Shown here one piece after another: positions 38,342 to 49,462 of a stretch of 64,000 nt of DNA. A model generated the notes under the pieces. The model did no database searches, had not been told where the DNA came from, and saw nothing but the letters and a program-made list of their open reading frames with translations. A program made the position numbers and the translations under genes. The DNA comes from an uncultured Chloroflexia bacterium. Lineage in GTDB: Bacteria; Chloroflexota; Anaerolineae; CG2-30-64-16. The first letter of the stretch is position 1. Every line of letters begins with the position of its first letter. Location of the stretch: contig CAWJEL010000034.1 of assembly GCA_963841825.1 (NCBI GenBank), forward strand, positions 374 to 64,373, in the 5' to 3' direction.

Positions 38342-39163
38342 ATGCCTCGAACCCCCGCTGCTGACTCCAGAAAAGACCGGGATGCACAGATTCTGCAGGA
38401 GGTCCTGCGCAGGACCTTTGTTAGCACGACAGATCTGGCGCGGCAGTTTGGCGTGTCCACGGTAGCGATCCGTCGCAACCTCGCCGATCTTGAGCAAGCG
38501 GGTCTGGTCAAGCGCGTCCACGGCGGCGCGCAAGCCTCAACACGCCCCGGCCAGGTTGCGCAGTACAATGCTCGACTCTTTGAAAGCGTCGCGACTAAGC
38601 GCGTCATCGGCCAGGCCGCGGCTCGCCTGATTCGATCCGGCGACACCTTGCTTCTTGATTCCGGCACGACGGTGCTCGAAGTGGCAAGGGCCATCCCTGC
38701 CTCGCTCCTGGAGAACGGCAATCTGACGGTGGTTACGCGCTCCCTGGTCATTGCCGCTGAGTTGCGCCACCAACGGCAGGTGCGCTTGATGGTACTGGGG
38801 GGCATCTACGTACACGATCTCGATGATTTCGTCGGCGCTCAAGTCGAATTCGGGCTGCAAGGTCTGCACGTGAACACGTGCTTTATTGGCACCGACGGCT
38901 TCTCAGTCGAACGCGGCATTACGACCGACAACGTGCTCGAGGCTCAGCTCTATCGCCTGATCGCGCGCGTCGCTGATCAGGTTGTGGTCGTCGCGGATTC
39001 CAGCAAGATCGGCAATCAGAAGCTGCAGACCATCCTCCCCTTCGCAGAGATCCACACGTTGGTCACAGATACGTGCGCCCCAACGGATTTTGTCCAATCG
39101 CTTCGCGACAAGGGCGTCAATATCATCCTGGCCCCCGCGCCGGCCCCGGAATCGTGCTCGTGA
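38342..39163 (+). CDS. DeoR family transcriptional regulator
   Basis: STTDLARQFGVSTVAIRRNLADLEQAGLVKRVHGGA, DSGTT and VVADSSKIG. The start was chosen downstream of the predicted promoter. Confidence 0.85.
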   Translation: MPRTPAADSRKDRDAQILQEVLRRTFVSTTDLARQFGVSTVAIRRNLADLEQAGLVKRVHGGAQASTRPGQVAQYNARLFESVATKRVIGQAAARLIRSGDTLLLDSGTTVLEVARAIPASLLENGNLTVVTRSLVIAAELRHQRQVRLMVLGGIYVHDLDDFVGAQVEFGLQGLHVNTCFIGTDGFSVERGITTDNVLEAQLYRLIARVADQVVVVADSSKIGNQKLQTILPFAEIHTLVTDTCAPTDFVQSLRDKGVNIILAPAPAPESCS

Positions 39164-39243
39164 GCAGGTCTTCGTTCTCTGTGTTTCAGCCACGCATGTG
39201 CATTACTTGGCCGCACTCTCTTCCGACAGGAGGTCGCAATTAG

Positions 39244-40716
39244 ATGGGCAAATTGCTCGGCACGCTGGACCCCTGGAAGCCTGAGGATCTGGAGAAGATT
39301 CACCAGGCCAGCCTGGACATCCTTGAGAGTGTCGGCGTAAGGGTCGACAGCGACGATGTGCTAAATATTCTCGAGGGTTCGGATGCTCGGATCGACAGAG
39401 ATCGCAGGATCGTCAAGTTTCCCGCGGCGATGGTGCAGGAGAGGATGCGGAATGCACCTGGTTGCTGGGACAGGGTAGCCGGGAGTCCGACCGAGTTCTC
39501 GGTGAGCGTTGACTGCGGCGCGTACAACGTCTGGGATTATGCAACTCGCCGCGCCAGGCCAACGTCGATCCGGGATTACATCGACGTGCCTCGGCTGGTG
39601 CAATCGCTCGAACACATAGACGCCGCAGGCAACCTCATCTACTCTGCCGATGTTCCTTCTGCCGTGGGTGACATGATCGCATATCGGCACATGTGGACCC
39701 ACACGCAGAAAAAGGGCGGGGGAGGTTTGGGCCGATCTCCCAGTTGTTGCCACGCACTCCTTCCGAAGTCGTTCGATTATCTTTGCCGGATGCTGGAGAT
39801 CAAGATCGGCAAAGAGAAAATGCAGACCGATCCCGAGTTCAGCTTTTTCATGGGGTCAGCCAGTCCGCTACGCTTCGGACGGGATGTCCTTGAGATGGCG
39901 ATGCATGCCATCAGACGGGGACAGATAGTCGGCATCGGAGGCAACTGCAATTGTGGCGTGCAGTCGCCGATCACCGCTGCGTCCAACATCGCCATTGATC
40001 ATGCCGAGCGGCTTGCGGGCATGTGCATCGTCACCTCGATTCACCCGGACGCGAAGTTCTATTTCTGTAATCACACCTATTTTCTCGACATGCGGAGTGC
40101 TGATATCGCGAGCGGCTCACCGGAGCAGACGCTTCTGGCGCTTCTTGGCAAGAAGGTGCTCGAACATTGTGGCTTCCAGTTGGTGGTCAATCATCCGATC
40201 ATGGATGTCGGGGCGCATTCGCCGGATGGGCAGGCTGCCGCGGAGAAGATGATGTATGCGCTGTTGACGGCCCTGGGCGGCACGCAAGGGATCGGCGGCG
40301 CGGGTCAACTCAAGGAAGATTTCTGCTACGAACAACTGGTCATCGACAACGAGATAGCGGGATACGTAAAACACCTGGTCAAGGGCGCTGAGATTAGCGA
40401 TGAAACCATTGCGCTGGACACCATCAAGGAGCACGGCATCGGAGCTCATTTCCTGGACTGCGAGACCACGCTGCTTCACCTGCGAGAATCGTATTATGCG
40501 CCGACGCTCTTCTACAGGAAGCGAAAGTCGGAGTGGCTCGGAGAGGGGGCCGAAGAATCTGCTCGTACCAGCGCGCACGAAAAAGTCGAAGAATTGCTGT
40601 CTCGTGACACGCCGGTCTTCCTCACGGATGCCCAATTGGCTTTGATGGATGAGATTATCGTGGAAGCCTGTGCGGAGCTGACCGATGGTTGGGATCCGAG
40701 GCCTTATCTGTGCTGA
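39244..40716 (+). CDS. MttB (trimethylamine methyltransferase) superfamily protein, non-pyrrolysine
   Basis: 490 aa as one uninterrupted ORF. It shows KIHQASLDILESVGVRV, PLRFGRDVLEMAMHAIRRGQIVGIG and VIDNEIAGYVKHL, typical of the MTTB family. Confidence 0.8.
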   Translation: MGKLLGTLDPWKPEDLEKIHQASLDILESVGVRVDSDDVLNILEGSDARIDRDRRIVKFPAAMVQERMRNAPGCWDRVAGSPTEFSVSVDCGAYNVWDYATRRARPTSIRDYIDVPRLVQSLEHIDAAGNLIYSADVPSAVGDMIAYRHMWTHTQKKGGGGLGRSPSCCHALLPKSFDYLCRMLEIKIGKEKMQTDPEFSFFMGSASPLRFGRDVLEMAMHAIRRGQIVGIGGNCNCGVQSPITAASNIAIDHAERLAGMCIVTSIHPDAKFYFCNHTYFLDMRSADIASGSPEQTLLALLGKKVLEHCGFQLVVNHPIMDVGAHSPDGQAAAEKMMYALLTALGGTQGIGGAGQLKEDFCYEQLVIDNEIAGYVKHLVKGAEISDETIALDTIKEHGIGAHFLDCETTLLHLRESYYAPTLFYRKRKSEWLGEGAEESARTSAHEKVEELLSRDTPVFLTDAQLALMDEIIVEACAELTDGWDPRPYLC

Positions 40717-40757
40717 AGAGCACCACGGGGACCTGGTTGACTGACGAAACGCGATTA

Positions 40758-40827
40758 GCCGCGGATCGACGCGGATTTTCACGGATCAATCGCGATAAAT
40801 CTGTGCAAATCCGCGTAAATCCGCGGC
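40758..40827. repeat. 70-bp hairpin element (GCCGCGGATCGACGCGGATTT ... AAATCCGCGTAAATCCGCGGC)
   Basis: Near-perfect 21-bp inverted arms starting 42 nt after the mttB-like stop. Confidence 0.6.
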
Positions 40828-40993
40828 ATTTTTCAACTCGGAGCGTTAGTTTTCACCGGCGTCCACGTTCTGTGAGTCATTCAGCCATGGGGACACAGAG
40901 AGCACGGAGATTTCGGAAGATGCTCAGTGCGCTTCGTGCCTCCGTGGTTCGTCTGCCGCGGCGCCGCCCGCTGCATATCCATCTGTCCTGAAT

Positions 40994-42034
40994 GTGAGGG
41001 AAGGCGTGCTACTTATCGAGCCATTCGATCCCGGCGCAGCCACATTCGCCGCCAGACGCGGCACCATCCACGATCTGATCGTCCAGCCGGCCGCGCCTGG
41101 TTCTCGGATGTCGAGCGGCGGCACCTGGAGGGCGCACTCAGCGGGGAGTTCGCAGGCGCGCCGGCGTGCGACCGCTTCTGGATCGCCCGAATCGGCGCGG
41201 AGCCGGTCGCCAACGCTTACTTCGGCAGCGCGGCCGGTGCTCCCGAGATCGGTCTGCTTGGCTTCGCGATCACCGCCCCGGCATATCGCGGCCGCGGATC
41301 GCGGGATCGCTGCTCCGCGAGGCGCTGGCCGATTTCGTGGCCAGGGGCGGCGCCTGTATGCATCTTGCCACCGACGACCCGGCAGCCCACCGCGTCTATG
41401 AGCGCTGCGGCTTCCGGGATTATCAGGGACACGTTATGCGCTTCCTGGCGGCGGCGACTGCGGAAGATTTCGATCGCCGCTATTTTGCGAACGTCGGGCC
41501 TGCCCAAAGCCGGCAGGCGCATTGGGGCGATCTCGCCGGGTCACTATGCTATACGTGGCGCCGCATCGCTGGTTCGTGCGCGACTACGCCGAGCGGTTGT
41601 ACAACCACCCGGCCATCATGCAGACCCGCTGCGCATCCATTTTGCCCGCTCTGATGATAAGTACAACCGAGCGTCCGGCCCGCGCAAACCTTGCTGTCGG
41701 AGGGTTGTGGGTGCTGGAGAACCCGGCCCGGCGCCTGGTGGGGGCGGTGACGGTGACGCCGCCGGACCTCAGCGCCCAGGTGCATGCGCCCATTATGGAT
41801 TTCCTGGTCGCGCCTGCCTACCTGGGTCAGGCGGCGGACTTGTTGGGGGTCGCGCTGGACGCCAGCCGGTCGGGAGAGGCGGAGGGCGTGCGCTGCTGCG
41901 TGGCGGCCTGCGATCATGAGAAGATCGAGATCCTGCGGCAGGTCGGGTTTCGCCGCGAGGCGACGTTGTCCGGGCAGCTCAAAGCTGGCCACGATCGGTT
42001 TGACTTGCACGTGTACGGTTATTCACTGTCCTGA
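40994..42034 (+). pseudogene. Two-domain GNAT-type acetyltransferase, 3 frame breaks (about 41090, about 41297, 41538-41540)
   Basis: The segments LLIEPFDPG..., AWFSDVERRHLEG...IGLLGFAITAPAYRGRG, IAGSLLREALADFVARGGACMHLATDDPAAHRVYERCGFRDY and VTMLYVAPHRW...ILRQVGFRREATLSG lie in successive frames. Confidence 0.65.
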
Positions 42035-42104
42035 GAAGTACAACAAGGAACATGGGGGTCGATCGATGGCAACCCGCGTCGATGACCGAAAGGAGGTCAG
42101 CCAG

Positions 42105-42530
42105 ATGTCTGCGGGCGATTTCTATTATGCCATCAATGCCACTTTCCGCCACATCCACGACACCTACGGCAAGGATATCCTGATCGATTACTGGACAGCG
42201 ATGGCGCACGAATACCACGCCGATGTCGCTGCGCGTTTCCGCGAAGGCGGCCTCGATGAGGTGCAGCGTTACTGGGCCGACTATTTTGACCACGAGCCGG
42301 GCGGCGATGTGCAGGTTTGCCTGGTCGGTGCGGAGGTTGTGATCGATGTTCGCGATTGCCCTGCCATCCGATGGCTCAAAGAGGGCGGCCGCGCGATCGT
42401 CCCCTACTACTGCGAACACTGCCATCACGTCTCCACGGCGATCGCTGAGCAGGCGGATATGCGGTTTGTCCTGACGGGCGGGGGCGGAACATGCAACCAG
42501 GTCTTCAGCTTGGAAGGAGGGCCGACATGA
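42105..42530 (+). CDS. Small Cys-motif protein (DCP...YCEHC), possibly ATC-hydrolase-like fold
   Basis: 141 aa from the ATG 8 nt after AAAGGAGG, with VRDCPAIRWLKEGGRAIVPYYCEHCHH. It is a paralogue of the next gene. Confidence 0.65.
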   Translation: MSAGDFYYAINATFRHIHDTYGKDILIDYWTAMAHEYHADVAARFREGGLDEVQRYWADYFDHEPGGDVQVCLVGAEVVIDVRDCPAIRWLKEGGRAIVPYYCEHCHHVSTAIAEQADMRFVLTGGGGTCNQVFSLEGGPT

Positions 42531-43077
42531 TCGGTGTGCAGGATTTCATCGGCTACTATGACTGGACCTTCGAGTACCTGCGGCGTAACTTCGGCGAGCA
42601 GGCCGTGCGTGACTATTGGGTGCGCGCCATCTCACAGGATTCGCAGATCCACGCCAGGGAACTGATCGTCGGTAAGGGCTTCGACGGTATGCACGAGTAC
42701 TGGGCGCACACCCTCGAGATGGAGGAGGCCGGGTACACCTTCGACCGGGGCGACGACTACTTCCGCATCGACATGGTCGACTGCCCGTCCAAGGGCCATC
42801 TGATCAACGCGGGTTGGCTGCCTATCATGATTATTGCGAGCACTGCATGGGCTGGATCAAACCGCTGATGGACGACGCCGGCTTCGTCATCGACCATGAA
42901 CACAATCATGCCGGGAAGTGCTGGTGGGAGATGCGCCGGGCGGCGGAACGCCTGACGGCGCCTCCCCCGAATCGCGGCCCCGACGATGTGCGGAACCTGT
43001 CAAGCTGGCAGCAAGCGCAGCATGATCTCTTTCTGAACAGCGAGCGCCAGGAAGACGATGCCGGCGATGTGATTTAG
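42527..43077 (+). CDS. Small Cys-motif protein, paralogue of 42105-42530, one frame break near 42815
   Basis: The start overlaps the upstream stop (ATGA). MVDCPSKGHLINAG then AAYHDYCEHCMGW follows in the next frame. Confidence 0.6.
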
Positions 43078-43133
43078 CCCGTGCGGGACGAGGGAGATGG
43101 ACAGGTCAAGTTGAGCCATCCAGGAGGCTGAGC

Positions 43134-44130
43134 ATGAGGTTTCTTCAAATTGGGCTGGGTTCGATGGGCAAGCGTCGCGTGCGCTGCATCCACACGCTGC
43201 CGCGCGGGCGAGACGATCGGTTTCGACCTGCGCGCCGACCGGCGGGCGGAGGCGGAAGGCCTGTACGGCATCCGCACGGTAGCCAGCTTTGAAGATGGAA
43301 TGGACAGCGATCCGGATGCGATCCTCATCTCGACACCGCCCGACCAACACGTAGCATACTGCCTGGCTGCGATCGCGGCCGGGAAGCCCTTCTTCGCCGA
43401 AGAGACGGTGATGCTGGACCCGGAGGGGGTAACGCCGGTGCTGGCCGCGCTCAAACAGCGGCCGGTGCTGGCCGCGTCAAGCTGCACGATGCGCTTTCAC
43501 CCTGCCATACAGCAGATACGAGCGGTGCTGCAAAGCGGCGAAATCGGCCGGCCGCTGGCCTTCACCGCGTTGAGCTTGAGCTACTTGCCCGACTGGCACC
43601 CGTGGGAGCAGGTGCAGGATTTCTATGTCGCCAGCCGGGTCAGTGGTGGCGGCCGCGAGATGGCGATCTTCGATCTGGATTGGATCGAGTGGCTTTTCGG
43701 CAACATGACCACGGTGATGGCAGAGGTGAGCAAGGTCTCGCAGATTCCGGCTGATATCGACGACGTGTTCCACCTGTTGGGGCGTTTCGGCGGCGGGCTG
43801 CCGGGGTCTTTCACCTCCAGCGTCGCTTTTCCCGTGTCGGGCCGCACCCTTGAGGTGGCTTGTGAGAACGGCCAGATCATCTGGGATAGCCGCGCGCACC
43901 GGGTCATGGTTTACAGCGCGGCCGATGGTAAATGGCAGCACTACATGGAGACCGCGTCCCGCGAGCACTCCTATGATCGTATGTACATCGACGAGATCGA
44001 GCATTTTCTACAGGCCATGCGGGGCGAGGTGACCTACATGCGTGATTTCCATGACGTGAAGCGTATGCTCGAGGTGCTCTGCGCAATTGAGCGGAGCGCG
44101 ATCGATGGCCAGCGCATCGGGCTGGCATGA
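43134..44130 (+). CDS. Gfo/Idh/MocA family oxidoreductase, one frame break near 43200
   Basis: The start MRFLQIGLGSMGKRRVRCIH follows GGAGG. The body (ILISTPPDQHVAYCLAAIAAGKPFFAEE...) lies in the frame of ORF 43150-44130. Confidence 0.75.
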
Positions 44131-44186
44131 ACGGCGGGAGGTGAAGGGATAGCGGAAACAAATCCCGGTTCTGAACGCCGATCCTC

Positions 44187-45311
44187 TCAACCAGATCCAT
44201 CCCGCCATAAACTTTGGATCGCTACATCCACCAGGGCCTGCAGGTTCGCCAGGGGCGTGTCGGGCGGCACCATATCGCCGGCGGCCAGGATGTAGCCGTG
44301 CGGCCCACCCTCGCGACATTTGCGGATGGCCTCAACTTGCACCTCTTCCGGCGTGCCGTTGGCGAGGGTGAGCGTGTTGACTCCGCCCATCAGTGCAACC
44401 CGCCCACCGATGCGGCGCTTCGCGTCGGCCACGTGGACACCGCCCAGCGGATCTAACGGCTCGACGACGTTTGCGCCGGTGTCCGCCAGCATCTCCAGGA
44501 TCGGCCTCGAATTGCCACAAATGTGAATGTAGATCAAGGTGTCACGGTCCCGGAAATGAGCGCAGAACTTCTGGTACGCGGGCAGGCAGAACCGCTCGAA
44601 GTGCTTGGGGCTGATTAGGCTGGCGCTGGCGGCCGGGTCTCCGATGTACAGACAATCGATCCCAGTTGCCAGCAGCCGCTCGGCCCGCTCGATCATGACG
44701 TCGGCTTGCATGTCCATGGCCGCCTGGACGAAGTCGGGCCGTTCGTAGAAGTCGATCATCGCCTGTTCGCGGCCACGGAACGCGGTGTAGGTGTTCATCG
44801 TGATGCCGCCCGGCGACGAGGCCACGAACAGGCCCGGGACCCGTGCCCGTGCGGATCGCAGCAGGTCCATCTTCTCGTCACTGAACTCGCGCCGCATCGC
44901 ATCGAGCCTGACCCGATACTCGGCCAACGTCTCACTCACGGCCGGCTTGCGATCGGGGACCAGCGCGCCGCCGCCGTACGTGTCGATGCGGCCGATGCGG
45001 TCCCCCGTCTCCCGAGCCAGCACGATCAGCTCGTCATCCTGGCGCACCACGCGCATCGGCTCGGGTTTGACGAAGAGCCGCAGGCCGTCGCAGCCGACTT
45101 GCTGGACGATCCGGATGACCAGGTCGTAAATGACGGCCGGGTCTTCGATGCACCGCTGCATACCGTCGAGCCAGTCCCCGCCGGGCGCCGGAAACGCCCC
45201 CGCGTAAATGCGCACGGGCAGATCGTGGCAGATCTGCGGCATCGTAGGTATGCGCCCGTCGGGGGTCGGCTCACGACGCATGGCCGCGATCATCAGTTCG
45301 CGCGAGTTCAT
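44187..45311 (-). CDS. URO-D family protein
   Basis: 374 aa with MNSRELMIAAMRRE, LYIGDPAASASLISPKHFERFCLPAYQKF and HGYILAAGDMVPPDTP. Confidence 0.85.
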   Translation of the reverse strand: MNSRELMIAAMRREPTPDGRIPTMPQICHDLPVRIYAGAFPAPGGDWLDGMQRCIEDPAVIYDLVIRIVQQVGCDGLRLFVKPEPMRVVRQDDELIVLARETGDRIGRIDTYGGGALVPDRKPAVSETLAEYRVRLDAMRREFSDEKMDLLRSARARVPGLFVASSPGGITMNTYTAFRGREQAMIDFYERPDFVQAAMDMQADVMIERAERLLATGIDCLYIGDPAASASLISPKHFERFCLPAYQKFCAHFRDRDTLIYIHICGNSRPILEMLADTGANVVEPLDPLGGVHVADAKRRIGGRVALMGGVNTLTLANGTPEEVQVEAIRKCREGGPHGYILAAGDMVPPDTPLANLQALVDVAIQSLWRDGSG

Positions 45312-45359
45312 GTGGGCTGCTCCATCGCTAATTCATAAGGGTGCATTCAAAATCAGTTG

Positions 45360-45457
45360 TAGGGGCGGGTTTCTCCACACCAATGGCGAGCTGATCTTCA
45401 CAACATTGCTGGCGTAGACGGCCAGCCCGTGTTGACGACGCAAAACCCGCCCCTACG
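45360..45457. repeat. Inverted-repeat element GTAGGGGCGGGTTT ... AAACCCGCCCCTAC
   Basis: Perfect 14-bp arms 70 bp apart. AATTCATAA occurs on both outer flanks. Confidence 0.6.
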
Positions 45458-45494
45458 CCGCAACCACATTTGAACACACCCAATTCATAACCTC

Positions 45495-46811
<1,317 letters not shown>

Positions 46812-46885
46812 GTTCGTGTTCTCCTCCTGCGCTGGTTGCTGGAAGGCAGGGGGGCGTTCGGTTTGACTTCGGCCATTGATGAAAA

Positions 46886-47020
46886 TGTCATGCTGAGCGG
46901 GTTAACGAGTCAACCTTGGTCACGGCGAGACCCCAGCGAAGCATCTCGTACCGCCAATGAGACCCTTGACTGGCGATTCGTCGCACCGTGCTTCGTGTTG
47001 TTAACCCGTTCAGGGTGACA
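46886..47020. repeat. MITE-like element family 1 (copy C, best-preserved termini)
   Basis: TGTCATGCTGAGCGGGTTAAC ... GTTAACCCGTTCAGGGTGACA (18 of 21 complementary), with internal CCAGCGAAGCATCTC...GAGACCCTTGACTGG. Confidence 0.75.
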
Positions 47021-47075
47021 GAAATGGCCCATCTCGCGCCCAACGACCCACTGGTTACTGATCACTGATTACTCG

Positions 47076-48146
47076 TCACTCGCGCCACCGATAATCCCGC
47101 GCCGCCTGACACATAGCCACTACGTTCTCCGGCGGGGTGTCACCCTGCACGTTGTGCGCGGCGGCCACCACATAGCCGCCGTTACGGCCCAAGATGTCGA
47201 TGATGCGCGTCGTCTCCCGATAGACCTGTTCCGGCGTCCCGTGGGGCAGCAGCTCCTGCTCGTCGATGCCGCCGTGAAATGAGAGCCGATCACCGAACGC
47301 CTCGAAAAGGGCTTCCGGGTTCATGCCGGCCGCCTGGGGCTGGATCGGGTCCAGTAGATCCAGCCCGACCTCGATCAGGTCGGGGATGACGGGCACGAGC
47401 GAGCCGCATGAATGATAAAAAGTCTTGAACCCGAGCGACTTAAAGGTGCCGATAAGCCGCCCGGTGTAGGGCTTGATGTGCCGGCGCCAGAGGGTGGGGT
47501 TGAGCATCATGCCGCGCTGGGTGCCGATGTCCCCGCCGGTACCGATGATGTCGATACGGTCGCCCGCCACATCCAGCACGCGCAGCGCGCGCAGCCGATA
47601 GTATTCTTCGACGTGCCGGCAGATGGCTTCGGCGATCTCCGGCTGCTGGCGCAGGTCGATGAGGAACTGTTCCAACCCCCGCAGGTACCACGGCGTTTCG
47701 AAGGCGCCCCCGGCGAAGAACATGATCGCCCGGCGGCCGGCCGCGTGCTCCTTCTCGATCAGCCGCGGCATGGCCGAGTAATCCCACCACTCCAGGCTCG
47801 GCCAATCGTACGCCTCGATATCCGCCACCGTCTTGCAGTCGGCCAGCGGATGGCCGTCCCACTCGTAGTAGGTGTTGAACTCGGTCTCCACTTTGCGGAT
47901 GCGGCAGCCCCAGAAGTCGACCCCTTCGCTGCCCAAGGGAGCCGCTGACCGCCCGGCCGGGCCGATGAACGGCAGGCCGACCCGGCGCATATCGACATCC
48001 AGCAAGTCCAGCACGGCGCTGTCGGAGGTCGCGCCGAGGTAGGCCCGCAGCGCGGCCATTGCTTCCGGGGTGCATGTCAGATCGAGCGCCGGACGGTCGG
48101 GCCGTCGCCGCTCCGTCGCGGCGAGAACTCGTTCACGACTATTCAT
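47076..48146 (-). CDS. URO-D family protein
   Basis: 356 aa with MNSRERVLAATERR, IIGTGGDIGTQRG, VIPDLIEVGLDLLDPIQ and GGYVVAAAHN. Confidence 0.85.
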   Translation of the reverse strand: MNSRERVLAATERRRPDRPALDLTCTPEAMAALRAYLGATSDSAVLDLLDVDMRRVGLPFIGPAGRSAAPLGSEGVDFWGCRIRKVETEFNTYYEWDGHPLADCKTVADIEAYDWPSLEWWDYSAMPRLIEKEHAAGRRAIMFFAGGAFETPWYLRGLEQFLIDLRQQPEIAEAICRHVEEYYRLRALRVLDVAGDRIDIIGTGGDIGTQRGMMLNPTLWRRHIKPYTGRLIGTFKSLGFKTFYHSCGSLVPVIPDLIEVGLDLLDPIQPQAAGMNPEALFEAFGDRLSFHGGIDEQELLPHGTPEQVYRETTRIIDILGRNGGYVVAAAHNVQGDTPPENVVAMCQAARDYRWRE

Positions 48147-48188
48147 GGATGGCCTCCTCCCTTCGGGAAGCTTGAAGTTGGAAGCTGC

Positions 48189-49337
48189 TCAAAGCTGGAT
48201 GCGAACCCAGCGAACGCTCAGAGATTGTGAGTCGCCGGCATAGAACGCGGCAAAGACCGTGCCATCCGGGAGCAGGCCCGGCTCGACGTGCCCGAAGTTC
48301 CAGAGTCCCATGTCGGCGTAGTAATCAGTGAAGCCGCGCTTGCCGTCCACGCCGGCCTGAGTCCCTGCCGCGTGCTCGTAAAAGACCAACTCGTCCGCCA
48401 CATCCCAGCTCTTCCCGAAATCGAGGCTGAGCACAGCCCGCAGAGAAGGCGGCCAGTGCCGGTGGACGTAGACACACAGGACACGATCACCAGGAAGGAT
48501 GAGCGGCCGCGGGATCTGCCCGGCAAAACCGGCGTCGGTCGGATACGTCCACATCTTGCCGTCCGGTGTCCCCCAGGCGATGTGCGCGTTCACGTCCTGC
48601 TGCGCCGCGCGATCGTGCGTCCAGAACATGCCGACCAGCCGGCCGCTACCCGGGTCGACGGCCAGGCGTTCGTCCCAGAATAACAGCCGGTTCGCGGGGT
48701 CATGGGCTACGACAATGGATGGCTCGAAGGTATGGCCGCCATCGTGCGAGATGGAGAGGATGGCGGAGTGCTCACCCACGCTCGTGTCGTCGTAGCTCTT
48801 CCAGGCCTCGCTCACCACGGCGATCGTATGCTCCGCTTTTCCGGGCATACTGCCGTCAGCCAAGAGCAGGGGCGCGCCCATCAGCGCGACGGACGGGAAC
48901 GGCCGCGTGTCCACCTCCCGCCGGTTGGCCCACGTGCGGCCATCGTCGAACGAGTCCATCAGGAAGATGCGGTTCGGCAGCGTGCCCGTCGTTTCGGGGT
49001 TGATCATGGGCTTGCCCGCTGAACGGTCGAGCCACCAGAACGCGCCGAGCAGATGCCCCGGCGCCAGCTCCGTCACACGGCCGTGGTGCCACGATCCCAG
49101 CTTGCCATCGATCGTCAATGGCTCCAACCCGTCGAGGATGGTTTTCCAGGTGCGGCCGCTGTCCGCACTGAGGCGCATAAGCACGTTCTCGTCCGGAGCC
49201 TCCTTGGCGCTGCCCGCGTGGAACGCCACCAGGATGCGGCCGTCAGACAGAACCGTCGTGTTCGTGAAAGCGCAGAACCGCCGATAGGGCGGCGCCGATG
49301 CCGCATCGTAGATGATGCCCTGATCCAGGATCCTCAC
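48189..49337 (-). CDS. BNR/Asp-box beta-propeller (sialidase-like), no signal peptide
   Basis: The GTG start ([12 protein letters not shown]) follows GGAGG. It is colinear with 31559-32713 and carries [24 protein letters not shown] and SLDFGKSW. Confidence 0.8.
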   Translation of the reverse strand: MRILDQGIIYDAASAPPYRRFCAFTNTTVLSDGRILVAFHAGSAKEAPDENVLMRLSADSGRTWKTILDGLEPLTIDGKLGSWHHGRVTELAPGHLLGAFWWLDRSAGKPMINPETTGTLPNRIFLMDSFDDGRTWANRREVDTRPFPSVALMGAPLLLADGSMPGKAEHTIAVVSEAWKSYDDTSVGEHSAILSISHDGGHTFEPSIVVAHDPANRLLFWDERLAVDPGSGRLVGMFWTHDRAAQQDVNAHIAWGTPDGKMWTYPTDAGFAGQIPRPLILPGDRVLCVYVHRHWPPSLRAVLSLDFGKSWDVADELVFYEHAAGTQAGVDGKRGFTDYYADMGLWNFGHVEPGLLPDGTVFAAFYAGDSQSLSVRWVRIQL

Positions 49338-49350
49338 AGCTCTCCCCTCC

Positions 49351-49462
49351 TCACGCATCACGTATCACGTATCACGTATCACGCATCACGTATCACGCAT
49401 CACGTATCACGCATCACGTATCACGTTTCACGCATCACGTATCACGTATCACGCATCACGTA
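49351..49462. repeat. Heptamer tandem array (TCACGYA)x16
   Basis: Sixteen contiguous 7-bp units counted base by base. The array abuts the SD of the BNR gene and encodes the last 4 codons plus the stop of the upstream small gene. Confidence 0.95.

Noticed and set aside
49351-49462. Checked the regular repeat array as a possible CRISPR.
   Set aside because: The units are contiguous 7-mers with no spacers, and no cas genes are present. It is a microsatellite-type array.
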